The position numbers and the translations under genes were made by a program. This document shows, piece by piece, positions 46,301 to 54,930 of a DNA stretch of 64,000 nucleotides (within the stretch, counting starts at the first letter, position 1; every line of letters begins with the position of its first letter). The notes under the pieces were generated by a model that was not told the DNA's origin, made no database searches, and saw only the letters and a list, made by a program, of their open reading frames with translations. The DNA lies in IMG/VR virus record IMGVR_UViG_3300022188_000006, positions 32,001-96,000 of that record; one strand, given 5' to 3'. This DNA is from a virus.

Positions 46301-46566
46301 CCAACCACGCGCGCAATATACGCCCGTGTTCCGCCCTCATCGAAAAACGCCTCGACTGCGGGCTGTAGGTGGCTACCGCGGAAGATTTCCCCGCATCGCT
46401 CTTTGAACTGGTCCTTGTTTGTGACCAAAATGGCCCTGTCAATGGCGCCCTTCTCGGCGACACCGACAAAACCAGCTGTGTTCACACTGACACCAATCAC
46501 GCGCGGCCGACCAGCAGTCTCGACCACGTAAACTCCGGGGTGCAGTGTCTCGATAGCAACAGACAT
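43327..46566 (-). CDS. Contractile tail sheath protein with large insertions
   Basis: HPGVYVVE...TAGFVGVAEKG; AMYYPWV; PPSGHMAGIYA...RGVHVAPAN; LNPVGINCIREFPGEGIRVWGARTL; PAEFVIFRI. Confidence 0.96.
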   Translation of the reverse strand: MSVAIETLHPGVYVVETAGRPRVIGVSVNTAGFVGVAEKGAIDRAILVTNKDQFKERCGEIFRGSHLQPAVEAFFDEGGTRAYIARVVGEGAAVSWANMRNSGDSGGPAKVVAGAAGPYNLDVGEHLDIDVLGYATQVFTFTGTQALVSGNGFTGNDINGKTLFIQFSGWDMATITFSGLPANPNATDVANFLNPLLQGGSAIVNSGEIDFQADQIGSGSFVKITGGTALADIGHDITEAYGTGNVPNIDSVTASDAAAALGTLQGAYAVASPNGELQIITVEKGASVSVQIAASTTASAFNFDNQIHYGWGSAGSSAKVITSLTEPFNLEAGEHLDVDISGQPTQVFTFTGTQAVRNGSGAYVPVNLNGQTLQIQFSGYDPTTITFTGLTNPAPVQEVLDYVNPRLRGGSMSAAANVFSFKADQYGSGSKVNILGGTAVAALMHAVGVTMGTGNVANVDKVTAQEVVDVVNATISGGSATTTTNGGVMIETLATGDSATIQVATSTTAEGLGFDNTLHRGSDADFMESILVRAENPGAWGNSVSIRTIAWQHELRGEVFNGDTKLQLSSIRGVSKGDILYTYDPSFASKRYVGLVTEIDVNAREVSVLPLIDDLVGIIPAGAPVQSCSQHRMSTITMEDLVDGADRITVASVGQLRIGARVVISDGVNLVDVKVTAIDGNVIRFAPVSLSNTIISGALAVSEEWMVQVLEKGVVKETHQFLSMEEESSDYFGVRLSGDTNESLIVELIDLYASPADLWRNIPLAVVSLPLEHGQDGATPTDNDFIGSDVNPRSGMYLLDDVRELNYFCIPGVTTEIVHTEMISYSENRSVVMCIIDPPRYADLPTEVYNYRMYDLNADSSYVAMYYPWVLERDPINSGATIERPPSGHMAGIYAQVASTRGVHVAPANIVMRNVLGLTYNVSDGEQDILNPVGINCIREFPGEGIRVWGARTLTSLRDGRHYVPVRRLLNFVKASIKAGNRWVVFQPIDPRLWAEVEAVNAEFLHSLWTRGMLFPSTDYTKAYFVKCDDETNTIADIRDGRVICEIGINPPFPAEFVIFRIGIWSGGTTIEEEIARRG

Positions 46567-46610
46567 TTTGTTCCTCCAAGTCTATGAGGTCGGCTTACAA
46601 TCCGGCCCGC

Positions 46611-46823
46611 CTATTTCCTCATCTTCGCAGACACATCCAGAAGCGCCCTGTGCTCAAGAGCCTTTTGAATCTCGGGACTCTCGAACTGGGCTTTTGTGAG
46701 CGGCCGACTGACCTCATTCTTGGACAGGATTAACGACTCCCGCTGCCCCTTCTCGTTCTTCGTAGCAAGATTCAGGCACAGCATCATCCTGCTGATGTTT
46801 TTCACGTAGTACTTATTGTCCAT
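46611..46823 (-). CDS. Small hypothetical protein preceding the sheath
   Basis: 70-aa ORF with GGAGG SD. Confidence 0.65.
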   Translation of the reverse strand: MDNKYYVKNISRMMLCLNLATKNEKGQRESLILSKNEVSRPLTKAQFESPEIQKALEHRALLDVSAKMRK

Positions 46824-46826
46824 TGG

Positions 46827-48146
46827 TCATGCCTCCACCGTTTCGACGTATTCCAGCCCGCCAACGGGATGGAAAAGGAATCTGATTTCTCTCGCCAAAG
46901 TCCTATCAACTGTCGCATCTCTCCGAAGCCACGTCTTACCAAATAGTGTACACGTATACTCCCTGACAAACAAGCCTTGAGCCACTCTGTGCGCAGGATT
47001 AAGAGGCGTGTCGACCGGTACAGGCATTGTTTCTCCGGTAGCCAATGACCGCACAAACCGGTGGTAACTGAGTGCCTCGTTCACTGCATCAGACAACCTT
47101 GTCGCTTCTGCTTTCAGGTCTGACTGGCAGGAAATCCTGAACTGAGCATCGAACCAAACGCGAGACAAGTGAGTCTTGGCATCCATATTCGCTTTGGAGA
47201 TGTCGTCAATTAGATTTCCGATGCGCAAGTCCCTTCTTTCTTTGACGGATCCGAGCTGTACAACCACAGAGGGAATCGAAGCTAGCTGGACAAACTCTTC
47301 TGCTGCGATGTAGATCGGAGGCCGAGCCATGAAGTTCGCCTCAATGTACCCCTCTTGAGGACTCGTCATCTGAATACCGCCTGCGACAAAACCTGCAAAG
47401 AGATTCGTGCTCCTGTTTGGATCCGTCGTCAGGTTGTAGACGGAGGCGGGCTCACTCAGTTCCTCCCACTTTTTGTCTTCAAGCATGATGACATCCGACG
47501 GTCCCGATGGCGGACAAGACCCTGCGGCACCAGAAACCGGCTGTGGAATCTGGACAAAGTATTGAGCCCTTATCCAACAGTATCGCTCCAACCAGTGCTT
47601 CATGCTCCGAAGCAGGTCATCTTGGAAGTCGAATGCGAGGTCTGCATAGATCGTAACCCGTTTCAGGCTCGGAGTGGCATCGCCATCGGCACTCGGACTT
47701 AGCCGCACTTTTATCCGCACTTGCTTTTCATTGGTAAGAGGGAAATTACGGATATACATGTCGACTTCGTGCTCTGTATTCCAGTCGTTGCTGCCAGCAA
47801 AGACCCATGTGGTACCGTTGTGCCAGAGCCATGTCGCACCATCGTCGTTTGATAATTGGTAACCCACGCTTCCGCCGAACTTGTCTGAACGATCAGAGCC
47901 GCTGGTCTGGACTTCCGTACCAAAGCCGAACAAGCTCACGATACCCTCCGCCTTCCAGTTCGGCAGTACCGCCCACGATTCCTTGTATTTGCCGACTGGC
48001 CAGTAACCACTCTCATCGTCCTTGAGTCTGCGCAATTGGAGTCCAAAGGTGTTGGTAATGCAAATGCGCGAAGCCCCGCCCGCATGGATAGGCGGCTGCA
48101 GCTCAATGTCATCCACGTTCTTAAACAGGATGTTATGTGCAGGCAC
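46827..48146 (-). CDS. Putative tail terminator/neck protein with extra N-terminal domain
   Basis: Position before sheath; C-terminal IPSVVVQ...FDAQFRISCQS pattern; N-terminal YQLSNDDGATW...TPSLKRVTI beta domain. Confidence 0.55.
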   Translation of the reverse strand: MPAHNILFKNVDDIELQPPIHAGGASRICITNTFGLQLRRLKDDESGYWPVGKYKESWAVLPNWKAEGIVSLFGFGTEVQTSGSDRSDKFGGSVGYQLSNDDGATWLWHNGTTWVFAGSNDWNTEHEVDMYIRNFPLTNEKQVRIKVRLSPSADGDATPSLKRVTIYADLAFDFQDDLLRSMKHWLERYCWIRAQYFVQIPQPVSGAAGSCPPSGPSDVIMLEDKKWEELSEPASVYNLTTDPNRSTNLFAGFVAGGIQMTSPQEGYIEANFMARPPIYIAAEEFVQLASIPSVVVQLGSVKERRDLRIGNLIDDISKANMDAKTHLSRVWFDAQFRISCQSDLKAEATRLSDAVNEALSYHRFVRSLATGETMPVPVDTPLNPAHRVAQGLFVREYTCTLFGKTWLRRDATVDRTLAREIRFLFHPVGGLEYVETVEA

Positions 48147-48147
48147 G

Positions 48148-48684
48148 TTACACCTTCGCTAACATTTGGTCCAGATACTTACCAACTACCTTGTCGACCT
48201 CTGCATCAATCTCTGCTTCAGCCGCCGCAAACACGGGTCGAGGCGGAATATGGAGAAACATTGTGCTCTTTCTGAGCGGTTTTCCTTGCGCTGCGAACCA
48301 CCTCCGCATTTTGCTCGTGACTCTGATGGTCGCGCCCCCCTCCATAATCTTAGCGATCATCTCCATGTCATCGCCTTTGGAGTTGCGCGGAACCAACATG
48401 CCGACCAGCGCGTACTTGTCACGAATCTCCTGCTGAATGCCTCGCAGGAAATCCCCTGTGTCTATTCGTGTCCTTGTACTCTTGCCTTGCTTCTGCCGGA
48501 ACCACTGCGTAACCGCACTCAACGGCGGAAACGCATTCTTCTGCTGTTCTAGCGTTTCCACAATCGTCACGTAAGCCAGGTCAGCCAAGTCCTCGATCAC
48601 AAGCTGCGCGACCAGACCCAGCTCTTCATGCAGCTTCTGGGTGGCGTGTGGAACCTCGAACTTGACTTCCCAATCCGGCATCAA
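48148..48684 (-). CDS. Virion morphogenesis / neck protein
   Basis: FPPLSAVT...RIDTGDFLRGI...IAKIMEGGATI...HIPPRPVF. Confidence 0.8.
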   Translation of the reverse strand: MMPDWEVKFEVPHATQKLHEELGLVAQLVIEDLADLAYVTIVETLEQQKNAFPPLSAVTQWFRQKQGKSTRTRIDTGDFLRGIQQEIRDKYALVGMLVPRNSKGDDMEMIAKIMEGGATIRVTSKMRRWFAAQGKPLRKSTMFLHIPPRPVFAAAEAEIDAEVDKVVGKYLDQMLAKV

Positions 48685-49094
48685 ATGCTTTCCAGCTGCT
48701 TCCTCTGCTGCTCGAACTCCACCGAAATGAGCAGATGCCTACCCCTGTAGGGTCCGAGCGGAGAAACCTTGATTATGTTCAGGTCACAGACCACATCGTT
48801 TATCTTGATAATCCGGTCACCTTTTTGCAGACCCTCTTCGCCGATCTTTCGAAGCTCCTCGGGGCGGAACACAGCCGCCCCGGTGCTTTGTTCCGAGTCC
48901 CCCGTCTGCGAACGCTGCAGACGGAAGAAAGTTCTGTACCCCACGAGCTGGCCGACCAAGCACACATCTTTCTTGTATATCCTGTTGGCGACCGGCTCGC
49001 GGTAATCGTCGTTCATCGGCGTCATCGAGCCCCTGTCATAGATGCGAATCACGAAGTAGCACCTATTCATCCTCAAGGGCATTCTGGGCAGCAC
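48681..49094 (-). CDS. Head closure (stopper) protein
   Basis: DDYREP...LQKGDRIIKI; position after the adaptor. Confidence 0.65.
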   Translation of the reverse strand: MLPRMPLRMNRCYFVIRIYDRGSMTPMNDDYREPVANRIYKKDVCLVGQLVGYRTFFRLQRSQTGDSEQSTGAAVFRPEELRKIGEEGLQKGDRIIKINDVVCDLNIIKVSPLGPYRGRHLLISVEFEQQRKQLESI

Positions 49095-49123
49095 AAGGAG
49101 CCCTCCTGACTACCGATACCTGA

Positions 49124-49330
49124 CTACAGCAGCGGAGAAATCTTGTCGTTCCAGATCTTGGTGCCCACAATGCTGCGAGCCTGGGCTTGAAGCAGCTCGT
49201 AGGTGCTCACCAGACCGGCAAGCTTCTCGTTCGCCGCCGCACTACCACCAGAGGTGTTCACCACCACCATACCGCTGATGTCCACGTTCCGAGGCGCATC
49301 CTGGAACCCAACGTTCGAGAGAACAGCCAT
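49124..49330 (-). CDS. Small hypothetical virion protein (68 aa)
   Basis: ATG at 49330 with AAGGAG SD. Confidence 0.6.
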   Translation of the reverse strand: MAVLSNVGFQDAPRNVDISGMVVVNTSGGSAAANEKLAGLVSTYELLQAQARSIVGTKIWNDKISPLL

Positions 49331-49350
49331 CTCTTGCTCCTTTCTAAACG

Positions 49351-50265
49351 TTACGCCGTGCTTCCCACGTAAAGCATCGGACAACCAAACATCGTCAGAA
49401 TATCGTCCACTTCCGGATTACCGGTTGTGAACGCACCGCCGCCAGGACCGTAAGCCACAGGTAGAGCTGCGAGACTGTAAGAATAGCCCTCGACGCTCTC
49501 GCTCTGTAGTCTGTCAGCAAACCAGCGAGGTGAGTCCTCATCATCTTCGCGCCCGCGGCGCCCGATAGGCATGCGTTTGTCTCGAACCAACAGTATCGTT
49601 GCCATCTGGATCGGCGCTGGAACACGTCCATAGCGCACGACAGGAGATCCGGCCGAACAGGCGCAGCCAATTTTATCAACTGCGACATCGTTTCCCCTGA
49701 CGGCGTCGACAATCACTGCATCTGACTTCGGATATTCCTCTGATCCGACAAGAAGAACATCGGCATGCCTAATCCCTTCGGTGCTCGCGAGGTGCAGAAT
49801 CTGGTCCCCAGGATGCACATCCGCCGTCAATGTCGTCCGCACCGGGGAGAAGTCATCCTCTAACCAACCAAAAACTCCGTCCAAGGTCACAAACCGAGGT
49901 GTCCTCGGCAGCCTAGACCTGAAGCTGAGCATCTGAACTGTGCGCTCTTCGACCTGGTAAGCGATACTAGGTATTTCCACGTCTATCAAGCCCTCTTTGG
50001 CAATGCGCAGCGAAAACAGTTCCAAAATCGGCACAAAATTTGGCAGATGCACGATTGGACTGTTTCTTCCATCGACCTTCGCGCGTACTCGTACCGGCAA
50101 GAACCACTGCTGAGTGAGCCAGTTGATCAGATTGCTTGCATACCTTATGAGCCAATCTGCTCTGTCCGCGGGCAGATAATCCGCATCCAGTCCTTCCGCC
50201 CGCAGCATGTCTACCGTGACATACCGAAAAGCGTGGGACATGGGGCCTACATACGTTCTTGGCAC
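49351..50265 (-). CDS. Head-tail adaptor protein with inserted beta-barrel
   Basis: YVTVDMLRAEG...IRYASNLINWLTQQWF...VPAPIQMATILL...LQSESVEGYSYS...TGNPEVDDIL. Confidence 0.8.
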   Translation of the reverse strand: MPRTYVGPMSHAFRYVTVDMLRAEGLDADYLPADRADWLIRYASNLINWLTQQWFLPVRVRAKVDGRNSPIVHLPNFVPILELFSLRIAKEGLIDVEIPSIAYQVEERTVQMLSFRSRLPRTPRFVTLDGVFGWLEDDFSPVRTTLTADVHPGDQILHLASTEGIRHADVLLVGSEEYPKSDAVIVDAVRGNDVAVDKIGCACSAGSPVVRYGRVPAPIQMATILLVRDKRMPIGRRGREDDEDSPRWFADRLQSESVEGYSYSLAALPVAYGPGGGAFTTGNPEVDDILTMFGCPMLYVGSTA

Positions 50266-50268
50266 GGA

Positions 50269-50685
50269 TTATCCTCTTGGCATAGAGCGCATCGGTCCAC
50301 GAATGCGCTTGCGCACGAAATGATAGTACAAGGTCGGATCAGCCATGATCTCGGTCGCCAAACGCCACTCCTGAGCCGACGGCACACCTTTGTCGCTCGG
50401 GAATTGCTTCGTGTTTACCATTGACCTGCGAAGCTCAGGATTGACCGGCGGAAACGGACCGATAGGGTTACCAGCAGCATCGGTCTCTCGATAATAGTAA
50501 ATCCCGCTCTCAGGAGACCCCATGCGCAAAAACCACTCGGCGTCCTCCTCGTTGTCTACCTCCGTCACATAGTTTTGCGAAAACCAGTAGACTTTTCCAC
50601 TTCGGCCTATCTGCTGTCTCGTTCCGCTATACCTATACTTGAAGTAGCGCATCTGCAAGCCTTTGCAACACACAAAGACAGACAC
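50269..50685 (-). CDS. Hypothetical protein (head-associated by position)
   Basis: ORF between the LAGLIDADG-like gene and the adaptor; GAGGTG SD. Confidence 0.6.
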   Translation of the reverse strand: MSVFVCCKGLQMRYFKYRYSGTRQQIGRSGKVYWFSQNYVTEVDNEEDAEWFLRMGSPESGIYYYRETDAAGNPIGPFPPVNPELRRSMVNTKQFPSDKGVPSAQEWRLATEIMADPTLYYHFVRKRIRGPMRSMPRG

Positions 50686-50723
50686 GAGAGAAACACCTCT
50701 CGCTTTCTTTTAGTTTACAGATA

Positions 50724-51539
50724 TCACCGCTCGCTTGCAAGCAAAGCCTCGCTCGCGAAGTTCGACAACCTAAAGAACAACTGCCTCTTACTCGGGTTAT
50801 ACACGCACATTGAGCCGCTGTAAATCCACGACAAAACCTTGAATGCCTTCTCTCCCGTTAAATAAAGCACCGTTGGGCTCTGCCCACTCGGGCGCGCTCC
50901 CATCACGCCTATTTCCCTCTTTAGCACCTGTCGCAGATCCTGCAACCATCTATAACTTCCTACGTCCAGTACCAAAGAGCATCTTTCCGGCGTTGTGCCG
51001 GCGATTGTAGCCGCTATATCTACAAAAGCCCGTACATAGTATCTTCTGCACTCTGGACTGATCCCGAGGATTCTAGCCGGGCGATGCTTCGCCGCAGGTA
51101 TTCGCGCTTTTCTGCTCCTCACCCAGTTGAGAAGAGAAGGCTCATTCAGAGTCAGAAACACATGCTCTCTATCCCTGTCGCCTCTTAGCTCCCCACCGAG
51201 CACCCACAACAGCTTTCGTCCCAGGTCAACCGAGCCAGGCCCGCTTATTTCTATGTGAATCTCAGACCCCATCCTTCGTCCGGAGACCGACAACAACGCC
51301 TCAAGGTAGCCCTCGGTCTCCGCGCTCCAATGTTGCTGCCACACAGTCTTAGACCTCCGCCCTAATAACTTTCTCATCGGCACAAGACCGTGTTCCTTCA
51401 TTCGTTCAAATTGCCTTCGCACGCCATGCCTGCTTCTGCCGGTCAGCTTCTCGATCTTACTCCGCTCAAGCCCAAGAAGTCCCAACGAGACCGCTAGGAC
51501 TTGCTCGTCTCTGCTCCAGCGTCTTCCGGCTTTCGACAT
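50724..51539 (-). CDS. Degenerate double-motif LAGLIDADG-like protein with N-terminal HTH
   Basis: WSAETEGYLEALLSVSG and RYYVRAFVDIAATI align to the two LAGLIDADG helices; GSYRWLQDLRQVL and KVLSWIYSGS..YNPSKRQ tail; N-terminal WSRDE...IEKLTGRSRHGVRR HTH. Confidence 0.7.
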   Translation of the reverse strand: MSKAGRRWSRDEQVLAVSLGLLGLERSKIEKLTGRSRHGVRRQFERMKEHGLVPMRKLLGRRSKTVWQQHWSAETEGYLEALLSVSGRRMGSEIHIEISGPGSVDLGRKLLWVLGGELRGDRDREHVFLTLNEPSLLNWVRSRKARIPAAKHRPARILGISPECRRYYVRAFVDIAATIAGTTPERCSLVLDVGSYRWLQDLRQVLKREIGVMGARPSGQSPTVLYLTGEKAFKVLSWIYSGSMCVYNPSKRQLFFRLSNFASEALLASER

Positions 51540-51548
51540 GTTCTGTCC

Positions 51549-51588
51549 TAAAACGAAGGGGCACCAAGCGCTGCGCTGGTGCCCCTTC
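51549..51588 (-). terminator. Intrinsic terminator after the major capsid gene
   Basis: 12-bp stem gaaggggcacca/tggtgccccttc followed by GTTTT on the minus strand. Confidence 0.75.
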
Positions 51589-51612
51589 TCCGGCTCAGGA
51601 CGTCGAATGTCC

Positions 51613-52974
51613 TCAGATGACCAGCGTCCTCCGGCGCAGGTTCTTCACCTTCACAATCGCATCGACGTTCTCGATCTCGGCATCCACCTGGTTGTAAATG
51701 ATGGACTCGATCTGGTCGGTGTTCTTGTTGAACTCGGTGAAGATACGAGTGCCGTCCAGAATGCCCCACACGAAGTTCTTGGGGTTGGCCAGCCACATGA
51801 AGCTGCCCTCGTTGACCGTGTGCGCAGAACCAGCGTTCGAACCGTTGATCGTGACGTCGGCGCTGGGCCAGGGGTCGTTCGCTCCGGGATCACCCAAGAG
51901 GCCGAGCACGGTCCACGCCTGCTGAGCCGCAGGCACAGGACGCAGCACGATGCTGCTGGCCGCACCAGTGGTCGGCGACTCAAGGCGCAGCTGATCCATA
52001 CGGTTGTCGCTGGCGAAGTTGGCATAGGCCAGGCCGTAGGCCCCGGAAGCCACGAAGGCGTCGTTGATGGCCTTGGCGATCTGCACGGTGTTCAGGGTGC
52101 CATGGGGCAGAGTCACGGTAATGTCGCCGTTACCGTCCACATTGAACTTCAAGGTGTCATTGGTGCTGTCAATCACGAACGGACCAAACTCCTTGCCCAC
52201 GATCTGGGCGGGAGACGCACTGGTGACAGTGATCGGCGCGTCGTCCGGAATCAACGGCACGCGCAGCATCGGGGTTCCCAGAGGCGCCATCTCAGCACCC
52301 TGCAGAGCGGCATCACCAAGGATAGTGCCACGGTCCGACACCACGTCGGCCCAGTCGACCGCAATCGCATCACCCACGATCCACCGGAGGCCGGGATCAT
52401 GCTTGTACTGCTTGGGGATGGTCCGCTTGGCCTGCGAGAACACGCCCTTCTGAATGGACGCACCCTTCACGTCCAAAATGTGGGCACTCTCGGTCTGGAG
52501 AGCCCAGCCGTCCAGACGCCGCAGCAGGCGAGCCTCGGCAGTGTTGCCGGTGGTTGTAGTATCGCCGTTGATGGCCAGATGTTCCAAGTCGGTCGCGATA
52601 CGCTCCACCATGGTGTTGATCACGGTCTGCTCGAAGTCGTTCTGTTCGATGTTGCCCTGGATAACCTCGGTGGTGATGTTCCAGGCACTCCGGACCTTCT
52701 TGGCCTGGAGGGTAATGCGCTGGAACTTGGCACGGGCGAGATTACCGGTGTCAGTAGCCTCATCCACGCTCTCAGTCACCGGCTCACCCACCCAGAGCTT
52801 GTCGATGTCCATCAACGGCCGGGGCATACGCACGAAGCGCGTCTGGGGAAGCAACACGGAAAACTTCTTCACGAGGGTAATGAACTGGGTCTGCTGAAGC
52901 GGGTTTAACAGGCCACCACTCAGAAGATCGCTCGTCTGAATGGATTTTTCCACCAAAAGTTCGTTCTGATCCAT
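51613..52974 (-). CDS. Major capsid protein (HK97 fold, XkdG-like) with insertion domain
   Basis: GGLLNPLQQTQFI...DIDKL...ITTEVIQGNIE...DLEHLAINGD...DGW...IPKQYK...ANPKNFVWGI...DAEIENVDAIV. Confidence 0.95.
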   Translation of the reverse strand: MDQNELLVEKSIQTSDLLSGGLLNPLQQTQFITLVKKFSVLLPQTRFVRMPRPLMDIDKLWVGEPVTESVDEATDTGNLARAKFQRITLQAKKVRSAWNITTEVIQGNIEQNDFEQTVINTMVERIATDLEHLAINGDTTTTGNTAEARLLRRLDGWALQTESAHILDVKGASIQKGVFSQAKRTIPKQYKHDPGLRWIVGDAIAVDWADVVSDRGTILGDAALQGAEMAPLGTPMLRVPLIPDDAPITVTSASPAQIVGKEFGPFVIDSTNDTLKFNVDGNGDITVTLPHGTLNTVQIAKAINDAFVASGAYGLAYANFASDNRMDQLRLESPTTGAASSIVLRPVPAAQQAWTVLGLLGDPGANDPWPSADVTINGSNAGSAHTVNEGSFMWLANPKNFVWGILDGTRIFTEFNKNTDQIESIIYNQVDAEIENVDAIVKVKNLRRRTLVI

Positions 52975-53026
52975 TTTCTTTCCTTCCTATTCGAAGACCT
53001 TCCGATCCCGTTAACCAACGAATAAA

Positions 53027-54904
53027 TTACATCTTGGACATGGCCTGCTTAGGGGCCAAACCAAGGATCCCACGCCAGACAGGCTGAGGACCATGGTCCT
53101 TCTGAATCTCGCCGTCCTGAATACCGCGCGGACCGCCCTGACGGGGAGCACCGGCGTTCTCTAGGGCTTCGAGACGCTTGCTGATCTCCTCAAACTTTTC
53201 ATTGGTCGAGGCCACCAGCTTCTCAGCGGTCTTCAGCACCATCTGACTTGTGGCTTCCAGACTCTTCTGGAGAACAGCGTCAATGCTCTTCTCCAGTGCC
53301 TTGCCGTAGTCGGCTGTCTCAGAAGCCTGCGGCAACTTGCTGCTCGCCTCCAGTGCCTGCTTCATTCCGGCAAGCTCGTCCTCGCTACCCGGCGACCCCG
53401 CAGCCTGACCCTCGCCATAGGCGGGAATCTTCCGCACGTCAGTCACCGAGGCGCGGGCCATGTCTCCCTCGCCTTCCTGCTTGTCGTCGTTAGCAGTGCC
53501 CTTCTTGGCAGCACTTTCAGTCGTCGGCGCGTAAGGCCCACCGTCGACGATCAGAGAAGCAACAGCCTCCGCGGCGTCTCCCTCGCCGTCGCCAGCCGCC
53601 TTCTCCATGACCTGCTCCGCGAGCAAGTACCGCACGTTCCAGAGCGCACCGCGCAGGGCTTCCTTCTCCACCGGACTCGCCCCACCAGTGTGCTTCACTT
53701 TTGCCAGAAGCAAAGCAATCTCCCGGACGATCTCCTCTTCGTCGGGCTCTTGCTTCTTCCGCTTCTGGATCTGGTTCCGACGACGCCGCGCCGCCATGAG
53801 AATCTTGGCAGCTTCTTCCTCCTCGGGCGTCATGTCGGTTTCTTCCTCTGTCTCGTCCTCCTCGGCCGCCTCTTCGTCCTCGGCCTTTTCCTCGGTCTCT
53901 TCCTCTTCCTCTTCTTCCTCACCGAGTTCGTCAGCAGCCTTCTCTTCTTCCTCTTCCCCTTCTTCTTCCTCTTCCCCTTCTTCCTCCTGGCCCTTCTGCT
54001 CTTCGTCTTCGTCGTCCATGGGCCAGCCCTTCTCTTCCTCTTCTTCCTCTGTCTGCTCTTCTTCCTCGCCCTCTCCAGCGGACCCGCCGGACAGAAGCTC
54101 GTCTACCTTCTTGGCTGTCTCCTCGACGGAGGACTGTTCGGAGGTTTCCTCTTCTTCACCCTCTTTCTTCTTGTCCTCCTCCTCGGACACAAGCCTGTCC
54201 TCATCGCTCTTCAACATATCTCCACCTCCGTTATTCTTTCCAAAAATTCGTCCGATACGAGCCAGGATACCAATACCCGTCTCGACATCCTCCAAAACCC
54301 CATCAGTCGCAGCCTTGTTCTCTGTCTGCTCCTGCGGTTCAACGTCTTTCCAGGCGTCCGCCTCATCGAGGGACTTCATGATGGCAGCCACAAAACCGGT
54401 CCTCGGGTTCGCCGCGTGTTTGGGCCGGGTGCAAGCGATGTGGTCGAGGTCCAAATCGTTGATCATCCTGACCAGACCCTTTTCGGTCATCTGAATTGAA
54501 ATCGCATTCGGGTTCTTGAGGTTGAGCTTGCCCCCAACGGACAGCTGCTTCTCGCACTTGCCGTCCTTTACCTCCTTAAAGAGTGCGCGTGCCTGTGGCC
54601 AGTCACCGTCCAGTTCGAGGTCAACAACAAAACGCCGACACTGTTTGCCGTCTTCCTCTTTGGTGATCACTGCCCCGTTTACTGTACGCCCGAACTCGAA
54701 GGTCGCCTTGTGGTTGTCCAGGAGCGGCACGCCACGCTTGGCGTCCTGGGCCATCTTTTCCAGCGCCTTCTCGCTCATCACGTCGCTTTGGAGATCCGCC
54801 AGGTCGTCACTCGCCACGGCCACCACGTGCATCTTGCCCTTCTCGTCCTGGTAGGCTTTCTCCACCATGACCGCGGCTTCCCAAGGGACTTCTTTGGCTG
54901 CCAT
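53027..54904 (-). CDS. Prohead protease fused to acidic scaffold
   Basis: VASDDLADLQSDVM...LLDNH...QLSVGG...LDHIACTRPKHAANPRT protease core; long Glu-rich and coiled-coil C-terminus. Confidence 0.9.
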   Translation of the reverse strand: MAAKEVPWEAAVMVEKAYQDEKGKMHVVAVASDDLADLQSDVMSEKALEKMAQDAKRGVPLLDNHKATFEFGRTVNGAVITKEEDGKQCRRFVVDLELDGDWPQARALFKEVKDGKCEKQLSVGGKLNLKNPNAISIQMTEKGLVRMINDLDLDHIACTRPKHAANPRTGFVAAIMKSLDEADAWKDVEPQEQTENKAATDGVLEDVETGIGILARIGRIFGKNNGGGDMLKSDEDRLVSEEEDKKKEGEEEETSEQSSVEETAKKVDELLSGGSAGEGEEEEQTEEEEEEKGWPMDDEDEEQKGQEEEGEEEEEGEEEEEKAADELGEEEEEEEETEEKAEDEEAAEEDETEEETDMTPEEEEAAKILMAARRRRNQIQKRKKQEPDEEEIVREIALLLAKVKHTGGASPVEKEALRGALWNVRYLLAEQVMEKAAGDGEGDAAEAVASLIVDGGPYAPTTESAAKKGTANDDKQEGEGDMARASVTDVRKIPAYGEGQAAGSPGSEDELAGMKQALEASSKLPQASETADYGKALEKSIDAVLQKSLEATSQMVLKTAEKLVASTNEKFEEISKRLEALENAGAPRQGGPRGIQDGEIQKDHGPQPVWRGILGLAPKQAMSKM

Positions 54905-54930
54905 AGTGTTACCTTTCAGTGCTGCGCCAG

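Noticed and set aside
31371-46566. Headless eCIS, tailocin or T6SS locus
   Set aside because: Intact portal, protease, capsid and head-completion genes are contiguous with the tail.
50724-51539. Intron- or intein-encoded endonuclease
   Set aside because: Flanking genes are complete, the ORF is free-standing after a terminator and has no intein splice motifs.
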